From assembly GCA_903861835.1 (NCBI GenBank), contig CAIOVX010000035.1, positions 2,220 to 66,219 on the forward strand: a DNA stretch of 64,000 bases. The letters are read 5' to 3'. The stretch is from Candidatus Firestoneibacteriota bacterium. GTDB lineage: Bacteria > Oederibacteriota > D2-FULL-39-29 > CAIOVX01. How positions within the stretch are numbered: position 1 is the stretch's first letter; the number at the start of each line of letters is the position of its first letter. Below, piece by piece: positions 26,055-33,297 of this stretch. Position numbers and translations under genes: made by a program. The notes below the pieces were generated by a model. It did no database searches and was not told the DNA's origin. It saw nothing but the letters and a program-made list of their open reading frames with translations.

Positions 26055-26561
26055 ATGAAGGAAATTAAGACAGTTTTGCTCGCTGACGATGATATTGACC
26101 TTGTAGAGACCATGAAGATAGTCCTCGAGGCCGAAGGATTCTCCACTATAACCGCTTACGATACTGCCGCGGCCTTCACTAAGCTTAAGACAGAAAAACC
26201 TGATCTAATGGTACTTGATGTTATGTTCGGCCCCGGAGGCAAAACCAACGGACTTGAACTCGTATCTAAGATTCGCCAGGATGCTGCAGTTTCCGGAACT
26301 CTCATACTGATGATAACTTCGGTAAACCTAAAACTGCCCGTATTTGACAGCCTGCCGGATATGGACGGAATGCCGGTGCCGGCTGAAACAGGCAGAGGGA
26401 AAGAGAACGCCGCGGACGAACTCTTTACCCTTGATGTGCCGACTTACCTTCCTGTCGACGGGTTCATCAACAAACCCGCGCAGCCCGAAGAGCTGGTCGC
26501 CAAGGTCAGGGCCCTGCTAGAAAAGAAAGTGAGCAAGTGGGCCGGCTGGAAAAAAAAGTAG
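26055..26561 (+). CDS. stand-alone receiver-domain response regulator with a long internal insertion
   Basis: The start is placed at ATG 26055 (MKEIKTVLLADDD), preceded by a GGAGG SD. The phospho-acceptor context is DLMVLDVMF and the conserved Lys context is FINKP. The ORF-track start 25947 lies inside the upstream kinase gene. Confidence 0.75.
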   Translation: MKEIKTVLLADDDIDLVETMKIVLEAEGFSTITAYDTAAAFTKLKTEKPDLMVLDVMFGPGGKTNGLELVSKIRQDAAVSGTLILMITSVNLKLPVFDSLPDMDGMPVPAETGRGKENAADELFTLDVPTYLPVDGFINKPAQPEELVAKVRALLEKKVSKWAGWKKK

Positions 26562-26609
26562 TTTTAACGCGGTAAATATGGTAATTTATTGAATCCGAAC
26601 GGAGGGTTT

Positions 26610-27083
26610 ATGTCTTTGTACTTTATGCTTGTCGGGCTGCATGTCTTCGGCTTAGATGTAGGTATAGGAACTTGCACCGTGACCTATGTGCTCGGGGCCT
26701 ATGGAATGTTTAACCCGAAAATAATGCCCAAGGCAGTAGCTGTCTTTAAAATACTCTCCTTGCTCATCTGGGCCGGACTTTTCCTGTTGATAACCTCGGG
26801 CGTCGCGCTTTACTTTACGTCTGCGGCGACTTACGGCGACGCGATTAAATCAAAACTCTTTCTCATGAAAATGATTTTTGTCGGACTGCTGACCCTAAAC
26901 GGACTCTTCTTGAATGTAATAGTAAACCCGATGATGGACAAAGCAGTTGCACTTCCAAACTTTGAAAAAACTCCTGAGTACCGAAAAGCGCTAATCTTCG
27001 GCGCAATTGGAGCCGGAATATCCGCGACCTGCTGGTACGGAGCTTTTTCACTTGGCCTCTATATATTCAGACTAATGGTGTAG
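26610..27083 (+). CDS. small integral membrane protein (4 TM), function unknown
   Basis: It has four hydrophobic helices. ATG 26610 is preceded by GGAGGG at 26601-26606, whereas the ORF-track TTG 26589 has no SD. Confidence 0.4.
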   Translation: MSLYFMLVGLHVFGLDVGIGTCTVTYVLGAYGMFNPKIMPKAVAVFKILSLLIWAGLFLLITSGVALYFTSAATYGDAIKSKLFLMKMIFVGLLTLNGLFLNVIVNPMMDKAVALPNFEKTPEYRKALIFGAIGAGISATCWYGAFSLGLYIFRLMV

Positions 27084-27098
27084 AATCCGGCTTTCAGG

Positions 27099-27127
27099 TT
27101 GACACCTGCTCTAAATTCTGTTAAAAA
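27099..27127 (+). promoter_or_regulatory. sigma-70-type promoter (TTGACA - 17 nt - TAAAAA, with TGn extended -10)
   Basis: TTGACA is at 27099-27104 and TAAAAA at 27122-27127, preceded by TGT. The ATG at 27138 follows 10 nt later with no SD. Confidence 0.4.
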
Positions 27128-27137
27128 CAGCACATCC

Positions 27138-29642
27138 ATGACGAAACCATTCCGCGGTTTATTTTTTTCCATATTCCTCGCCCTCCCGTTGTACGCCAGC
27201 CCTGAACCTGTAACACTTAATATGTGGGATGTCCCTGAAGCCTGGAATATTCAAGGCAGAGTTGTCTTCGATGCTTTCGTAAAACTACATCCTGAAATCA
27301 ATATCGTCAGAACAAGAGGCATCTCCGTTACCGGAAACGCTGCCGAGTCAGGCTTTATGATGGCGATGGCCGCGGGAACGGCGCCGGACATATTCGAAGT
27401 GAGCTTCCGGGGGCTAAAGCTCTATATGGATCAGGGCTTCCTTTGCCCTCTTAATGAGTATTACGAGAAGGACAAAAACCTCTTCGCACCTTTCATGCTG
27501 GATAAATTCAAACCAATATATTATGACAGGCGCGGGGGAGATATCTATGGAGTACCCGTAAGTTTCAGCGAAGCCTTTGGATTGTATTACAGGAAAGATC
27601 TTTTCAAGAAAGCGGGGCTGGATCCAGAAAAACCGCCCAGAAACTGGGATGAACTTTATGAATATGCTCAAAAACTCACAGATGACAGCGTGGGCCAGTA
27701 TGGTCTGGGACTTGGCCTCGGAATCTGGGGCGGCTGGCTCTTGCCAAATTTTGTATGGCAGGCGGGCGGAGAGATGGCCCGGGAATATAAAGAGTGTCCT
27801 CTTTGCAAAGAAATCAACAAACAACTTGATGGGAAGTACGACGGCGGCTGGGCAATATACCCTGATAAATGCATAAAGTGCAGCTCTGATATCTCAAAAG
27901 TTGACAAATATGTTTGGAGAGTAACGTTCAACGAGAAACCCGGAATTGAAGCGCTGGAATTTCTTAAAAAGTTCAGGTATGGCAAGTATACGCGCCAAGG
28001 TAAAAGCTATCAGGGTTGCGCGAAAGTCCTTGTTGATTATGACTATGCGATGAAGGAATTCCTTAAAGGAAGCGTCGCCATGATTTTCAGCTACGCCAAC
28101 GGAGATATGATTGCCGCCAATTCAGGATTCTCTCCTTCGGAAGTAGGAATAGCGACCCTGCCTGCCGGCCCTACCGGGATTGAAGCAAATAACATGCAGA
28201 CCATTACCTGGTGCATAAACTCTCAAATCAAAGATAAGAAAAAAAGAGACGCCGCCTGGGAATACATTAAATTCCAGGCGTCAGAAGAAGCCGCAAGACT
28301 CAGAATCAAATCTATCGTTGAATCGGGGCAGGCCCAATATGCCAACCCCGAGCTGCTTAAGAAATTCGGTTATGAAGAATACTGTGAGCAAATACCCGCC
28401 TCATGGGTGCGTTCATATAAGAGGCAGATACAAAACGCGCGTCCGGAGCCTTACGCTACGGGTTATAAATCAGTTGCTACGGTGGTACTCCCGCTGGCGG
28501 TGGACAAAGCCCTAACGGAAGAAGACAGCAACATCCCTTCCGAGCTGGACAAGGTTGTAGAAAAATCAAACAAGGTTCTGCTCGGCGTAAAAGACCCGGT
28601 TGAAATGAATAAGAAGCGCGCCTGGGCCAACGGTATTTTCTTTGTACTGGTCGCGCTTCTCATTTGGCTTATGATAATCGCGGGTAAAAATCTCGTGGGA
28701 ATATTCGCTTCTGACCGGCAAAGAAATATTCATGAAGGACCGGAAGGCCTTAAAGGAAAACACAGAACCACGGCTCTTGCCTGGCTGTTTATGCTGCCCG
28801 CCTTGCTTTCAGTCGCAGTCTGGCAATATTATCCGCTTCTGAATGGCGTCAGGTTGGCCTTCCTTGATTACAAAATAGTAGGCTCCAGCACTTTTATTTG
28901 GCTTGACAATTTCATCGATGTATTTTCGTCTCCGCTTTTCTGGAAATCCATCACGAATACTCTCATTTTTGTTTCACTCACGCTGGGACTTGGTTTTTTC
29001 CTTCCGATAATAGTAGCGCTCGTACTTTCAGAGATACCGAAAGGCAAGGTCTTCTTTCGGACGCTTTTCTACACGCCCGCGCTCACAACTTCGCTTGTGC
29101 TGCTTATCCTCTGGATGAGTTTTTATGATCCGGCGCCTACGGGATTATTAAATATTGTAGTAGGTTTTTTTGGTATCGGCGCGCAAAAATGGCTTCAGGA
29201 TGCTCAGCATCCGATAGTCCCTATGCTCTGCGTTATAATACCGAACATCTGGGCAGGCGCAGGTCCGGGCAGCATCATTTACCTTGCGGCCCTTCAGGGT
29301 ATTCCGGATGACCTTTATGAAGCGGCTGATGTTGACGGGGCCTCAGCCTGGCAGAAAATAAAATTTGTAACTTTGCCGCAGCTCCGGCCGCTGATAATTA
29401 TAAACTTCGTTGGGGCGTTCATCGGCGCTTTCCAGGGAATGGGAAATATCCTGGTAATGACGGGCGGCGGTCCGAGCCACGCGACTCACGTGTTGGGACT
29501 CGAGATTTGGATGGATGCGTTCCTCTTTCTCCGTTTCGGTTATGCAACAGCAATAGCGTGGATTATGGGAATGATGCTCATTGGCTTCACAATTTACCAA
29601 CTGAGAATCCTGAAAAGAGTTACATTTAAAGTCGCAAGATAA
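27138..29642 (+). CDS. fusion protein: family-1 (CUT1-type) extracellular solute-binding protein plus MalF-type ABC permease
   Basis: It has a signal peptide (FFSIFLALPLYA/SPEP) and an SBP_bac_1-like region of about 480 aa (GTAPDIF..., YGVPVSF..GLYYRKDLF...). An extra TM follows (IFFVLVALLIWLMIIAG), then a 6-TM permease with the EAA loop YEAADVDGASAWQKIKFVTLPQLRP. The start is moved from TTG 27099, which is the -35 box, to ATG 27138. Confidence 0.75.
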   Translation: MTKPFRGLFFSIFLALPLYASPEPVTLNMWDVPEAWNIQGRVVFDAFVKLHPEINIVRTRGISVTGNAAESGFMMAMAAGTAPDIFEVSFRGLKLYMDQGFLCPLNEYYEKDKNLFAPFMLDKFKPIYYDRRGGDIYGVPVSFSEAFGLYYRKDLFKKAGLDPEKPPRNWDELYEYAQKLTDDSVGQYGLGLGLGIWGGWLLPNFVWQAGGEMAREYKECPLCKEINKQLDGKYDGGWAIYPDKCIKCSSDISKVDKYVWRVTFNEKPGIEALEFLKKFRYGKYTRQGKSYQGCAKVLVDYDYAMKEFLKGSVAMIFSYANGDMIAANSGFSPSEVGIATLPAGPTGIEANNMQTITWCINSQIKDKKKRDAAWEYIKFQASEEAARLRIKSIVESGQAQYANPELLKKFGYEEYCEQIPASWVRSYKRQIQNARPEPYATGYKSVATVVLPLAVDKALTEEDSNIPSELDKVVEKSNKVLLGVKDPVEMNKKRAWANGIFFVLVALLIWLMIIAGKNLVGIFASDRQRNIHEGPEGLKGKHRTTALAWLFMLPALLSVAVWQYYPLLNGVRLAFLDYKIVGSSTFIWLDNFIDVFSSPLFWKSITNTLIFVSLTLGLGFFLPIIVALVLSEIPKGKVFFRTLFYTPALTTSLVLLILWMSFYDPAPTGLLNIVVGFFGIGAQKWLQDAQHPIVPMLCVIIPNIWAGAGPGSIIYLAALQGIPDDLYEAADVDGASAWQKIKFVTLPQLRPLIIINFVGAFIGAFQGMGNILVMTGGGPSHATHVLGLEIWMDAFLFLRFGYATAIAWIMGMMLIGFTIYQLRILKRVTFKVAR

Positions 29643-29720
29643 TTTGGATGCTCAGAAGCTCGGATAGTCGGATGATTAGACGCGTGTTATGATGCCTGAG
29701 AACTGAGAGAGGGGGATAGA

Positions 29721-30203
29721 ATGCCTATAATAGCAATGGTTGGAAGGAAGAGCCTGAAGAGCAAGCTGTTCTTTGCTCTACTTTATCTTTTCTGCGTCCT
29801 CGGCTCCGTTATTTTTACCTATCCTTTTCTGCTTATGCTCTCAAGTTCCACGACAAACTCCGTAGATTATCAAGACTTCAAGCTGGTGCCAAGGTTCTAT
29901 TTTGACGATGATGCTCTCTACCGCAAGTACCTTAACCTGAAGTATACAGACAGGTACCGCGGCGGAGAGAAGAACATCCTGCCTCTTAACAGCCTGTATA
30001 AGACGGACTACCCGGCATACAAGGATATAACTCCGATTTACCCTGAGGTTTCAGGAGAAGGGGTCAAGGCGCGTCTTACAGACTATGAACATTTCCTCTC
30101 ACAATTAGCTCCTGAGTACTGGACGCGCGGCTTAAATTATTACCTTCTGAAGGACTACAGGTCTGAAGAAAAGATGCGCTTCAAAGATATTGAACATTTA
30201 TAA
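29721..30203 (+). CDS. MalG-type ABC permease, N-terminal fragment (TM1 plus the start of a very large periplasmic loop)
   Basis: The TM1 context LFFALLYLFCVLGSVIFTYPFLLMLSSSTTN is typical of MalG-class permeases. The frame ends at 30203, and the next frame is open from 30151. Confidence 0.55.
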   Translation: MPIIAMVGRKSLKSKLFFALLYLFCVLGSVIFTYPFLLMLSSSTTNSVDYQDFKLVPRFYFDDDALYRKYLNLKYTDRYRGGEKNILPLNSLYKTDYPAYKDITPIYPEVSGEGVKARLTDYEHFLSQLAPEYWTRGLNYYLLKDYRSEEKMRFKDIEHL

Positions 30204-31602
30204 TGGCTATGCCGAAACTCTCTCAAGTTTTGAATTCCTGCTATTCCCAGTTGACGAGCCGCTTACCAGGTCCTGGAAACCAGATCAGGAAAGCGCAAAA
30301 TGGAATAATTACCTGAAGTTTAAGGCAAAACTTCCTCCAAGCCATCGCATTCCCGCCTTGCTTGAAAAAAGATACACAGAATATCTCAAGTTGAGTTTAT
30401 ATCTGGAGATCGGAAAACTTAACGCCGAGTGGGGAACAACGTATAAGACCTTTGATGAGATAAGCCTGCGAGAAACCCTGCCGGTTAATCCGAAAGAAGC
30501 AGAGTGCTGGACTAACTATGTCAGGAGCAAGATACCGTACCGCTATATAAAGCTTTCAGGAAAGGGGGGTGAATATGCCTCCTACTTGAAGAACAAGTAT
30601 GGCAATTTTGACCGCTTGAACCGTTATTACAAAACCGCTTATTCCGGGTTTAACGAGATCAAACTTCCATTTTTCGAACCGGCAGGCGACGGGCAGCTAA
30701 AACTTGACTGGAGAAATTACTGTGACACGGCCGCGCCGGTCGACTCGATTCATATCTTCGACTCGTCACATAAATACGCAGAATTTCTTGGCTCCTTGTA
30801 CGGTCAAACGGGCCCAATGAACAGAGCCTACGGAAGCAACTATATTTCTTTCTCGGACGTTCCAATGCCGCTGAAAGAGGAGGACCGCTCATATTTTCTC
30901 TCGCATAAAGCAGGTCTCAGGTTTGGATTCATCATTAACAACTACTCTGATGTTCTAAGTTATATGCTTCTGAATGGACGGGCAAGCGTAAATACTGTAA
31001 TCCTTGTGCTTGCTATGCTGCTGACAAGCCTCACCGTGAACCCTTTATGCGCCTACGCTCTCTCAAGATATAATCTGACTTACGCTTACAGGATTCTACT
31101 GTTCCTTTTGGCAACTATGGCTTTCCCTGCGGAAGTCGGAATGATACCGGGATTTTTACTTTTAAAACAACTTGGCTTTCTTAACACTTTCTGGGCGCTC
31201 ATTCTCCCCGGCATGGCGAGCGGCTACAATATTTTCATACTAAAAGGCTTCTTTGACAGTTTACCTAAGGACCTCTATGAATCCGCCGACCTTGACGGCG
31301 CAAGCGAAGCTCAAATGTTTTGGCACATCACGCTGCCTCTCAGCAAGCCCGTTTTCGCGGTTATAGCTCTCTGGACCTTTGTCTCGACTTACGGCGGCTT
31401 TATGTGGGCATTCATAATATGTCAGGACCCTAAGATGTGGACAATTATGGTCTCTCTGTATCAGTTTCAGCAGTCAAGCGGCGCTAACGGCCAGCATCTT
31501 GTCATGGCGGCGCTTACATTCGCGGCCTTGCCAGTCCTTCTCGTCTTCATTTTCGCCCAAAGAATAATTATGCAGGGTATTATCCTGCCGGTTGAGAAAT
31601 AG
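30190..31602 (+). CDS. MalG-type ABC permease, C-terminal part (rest of the periplasmic loop, TM2-6, EAA motif)
   Basis: About 255 aa of soluble sequence are followed by 5 TM helices and the EAA loop YESADLDGASEAQMFWHITLPLSKP. Topology only makes sense if this part is fused to the upstream fragment. Confidence 0.7.
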   Translation: MNIYNGYAETLSSFEFLLFPVDEPLTRSWKPDQESAKWNNYLKFKAKLPPSHRIPALLEKRYTEYLKLSLYLEIGKLNAEWGTTYKTFDEISLRETLPVNPKEAECWTNYVRSKIPYRYIKLSGKGGEYASYLKNKYGNFDRLNRYYKTAYSGFNEIKLPFFEPAGDGQLKLDWRNYCDTAAPVDSIHIFDSSHKYAEFLGSLYGQTGPMNRAYGSNYISFSDVPMPLKEEDRSYFLSHKAGLRFGFIINNYSDVLSYMLLNGRASVNTVILVLAMLLTSLTVNPLCAYALSRYNLTYAYRILLFLLATMAFPAEVGMIPGFLLLKQLGFLNTFWALILPGMASGYNIFILKGFFDSLPKDLYESADLDGASEAQMFWHITLPLSKPVFAVIALWTFVSTYGGFMWAFIICQDPKMWTIMVSLYQFQQSSGANGQHLVMAALTFAALPVLLVFIFAQRIIMQGIILPVEK

Positions 31603-31619
31603 GAAGAATCAAATTGGAA

Positions 31620-31648
31620 TTGCTAAAACCCGCCATTTTTGCTAAAAT
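31620..31648 (+). promoter_or_regulatory. sigma-70-type promoter for tRNA-Thr (TTGCTA - 17 nt - TAAAAT)
   Basis: TTGCTA is at 31620-31625 and TAAAAT at 31643-31648. The mature tRNA 5' end is 10 nt downstream of the -10. Confidence 0.45.
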
Positions 31649-31658
31649 AACATGCTTG

Positions 31659-31734
<76 letters not shown>

Positions 31735-31741
31735 TTAAAGA

Positions 31742-31812
31742 CAATTGCTGATTGCTAATTACTAATTACTGATTAAGGAAATCAGCAATAAGCAATAAGA
31801 AATCAGCAATTG
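31742..31812. repeat. long imperfect inverted repeat (about 33-nt arms) built from ATTGCTGATT / ATTACT words, immediately 3' of the tRNA
   Basis: The left arm is CAATTGCTGATTGCTAATTACTAATTACTGATT (31742-31774), the loop is AAGGAA, and the right arm is ATCAGCAATAAGCAATAAGAAATCAGCAATTG (31781-31812). The mismatches are A/C on the + strand, which are G-U compatible on the - strand. It shares a 16-mer with 49581-49613. Confidence 0.6.
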
Positions 31813-31831
31813 TTGTCATTGAGGCTAATGA

Positions 31832-33295
31832 ATGAAAAGGTCAATTCTTTTTATAGCCGCGGCAGTACTTCTATTTAGCATTTCCGCGAAACCGGCTGAG
31901 GGTTCTCCTGCCCGGGGCCTTGAAAACCGTAAAGAATGGTTTAATATTAATCTCAAGAATTCCAAAGTAGGATACACTTTTACTGCCTATGAGCCCGCTG
32001 AATACGGCGGCCGTGAATGTCTGAAATTCTCAACCTATATGAAGTTCGGTCTCCTAAGGATGGGTTCTCCTGTTGAGATGGAGGCTGAAGGAACCGCCTT
32101 CATTACCTCGGAACTTGTTCCGCTTTACTTTAAGTTTACCGAACGCCAGGCAGCCAAAGAAAAAACCGTAGAGGGAGTGCTTAACAAAGATAACCTTTCC
32201 CTGACTATAAATGTAGCCGGTCAGGAAACTCACAAGGATATTGTTTATGAGGAAAACGCCATTTTTGCTGACGCCGGAGATTTCTTCGCTCGGCGCAAGG
32301 GCCTGAGGGACGGCGAAAAGTTTACGGTAAGGGTTTTTAATCCGGACTCTCTCACTTTCGAAGACCTAAAGTGCTCTGTTTATTTTGATAAAGAAAACAA
32401 AGGCGGCTTTGTGCTTCATACCGAAGTGCTCGGCGTTGACACGGTGCACTATCTGGATAAAGACGGGAATACGATCCGTTCAACCGTGCCGGCCCTCGGA
32501 GCCGAGATGGTAAAGACCGGAGAGAAAGACGCGCTTGCTTTTGCACCTTCGGAACTTGATATTATGAAAGAAACTTGTGTTGCCTCAAACATCAGTATAA
32601 AGAATACTTCGATGGTGACTGCATTGGAAGCCCGGATGAGTTTCAAAAACGCAGTTCCGGAACGGTTAAAAAGCAATCTCCCTGCAGGAGCTGAACTTTC
32701 AGCGGACGGAAGGAGCATTCTTTTTAAGAACAAGCGGGACAACTTTCCGGAAGCAGCCGCGCTTCCGTTGCCGGTCAGAGCAAAAGAGCTAACACGCTAT
32801 CTGATACCAAGCACCTACGAACAATCTGCCGACAGCCGTATAATAGCCGCGGCAGTAGATGCGGCGGGAGACGAGAAGAACTCCTACCGCGCGGCAAAAA
32901 AGATAATTTATTGGGTCAATCACTACTTGAATAAAAAGAATTTCAACACCGGTTTTGCTTCTGCCTTAGAAGCGCTCACCGGCAGGCAGGGCGACTGCAA
33001 GGACCACTCGGTTCTCGCCATAGCGATGCTAAGGGCTGCGGGCATTCCCGCGAGGGCAAGCGCAGGGCTTTTCCCTCTTGGTTCGAAATTCTATTATCAT
33101 ATGTGGGTAGAGGCCTATGTCGGCCAATGGGTCGCTCTGGACCCTACTTTTGACGAAGCTCCGGCTGACGCTGCGCACATCAAATTGAATGACGGGGTAC
33201 TGGATGAAGCAGGAAGATACAATCTAATGTTGGACATTCTGCAGTACTTTGATAAGATAAGCATAGAAATATTAAAGCTCGAAGAAAAGGGGTAA
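31832..33295 (+). CDS. secreted transglutaminase-like cysteine protease-fold protein
   Basis: It has a signal peptide and a C-terminal transglutaminase core: GRQGDCKDHSVLAIAMLRAAGIPAR (catalytic Cys), then YHMWVEAYVGQWVALDPT (His/Asp). Confidence 0.75.
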   Translation: MKRSILFIAAAVLLFSISAKPAEGSPARGLENRKEWFNINLKNSKVGYTFTAYEPAEYGGRECLKFSTYMKFGLLRMGSPVEMEAEGTAFITSELVPLYFKFTERQAAKEKTVEGVLNKDNLSLTINVAGQETHKDIVYEENAIFADAGDFFARRKGLRDGEKFTVRVFNPDSLTFEDLKCSVYFDKENKGGFVLHTEVLGVDTVHYLDKDGNTIRSTVPALGAEMVKTGEKDALAFAPSELDIMKETCVASNISIKNTSMVTALEARMSFKNAVPERLKSNLPAGAELSADGRSILFKNKRDNFPEAAALPLPVRAKELTRYLIPSTYEQSADSRIIAAAVDAAGDEKNSYRAAKKIIYWVNHYLNKKNFNTGFASALEALTGRQGDCKDHSVLAIAMLRAAGIPARASAGLFPLGSKFYYHMWVEAYVGQWVALDPTFDEAPADAAHIKLNDGVLDEAGRYNLMLDILQYFDKISIEILKLEEKG

Positions 33296-33297
33296 AT

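Noticed and set aside
26579-26593. A sigma-54-like sequence, TGGTAATTTATTGAA, upstream of the small membrane protein gene.
   Set aside because: The GG-to-GC spacing is off by one. The -12 element is TTGA rather than TTGC, and the -24 element is TGGTAA. It is too degenerate to call.
29643-29720. A partial direct repeat, GATGCTCAGAAGCTCGGA / GATGCCTGAGAACTGAGA, in the gap between the two permease genes.
   Set aside because: Identity is only about 60% over 18 nt, and there is no convincing secondary structure or recurrence elsewhere in the window.
31742-31812. Possibility that the repeats after the tRNA are a CRISPR array, or an att site marking an integrated island.
   Set aside because: There is only one inverted repeat and no spacer-repeat periodicity. 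No cas genes, integrase or transposase are present. The downstream genes (a transglutaminase-like protein, gatB, rlmD) are housekeeping, and I saw no obvious compositional break by eye.
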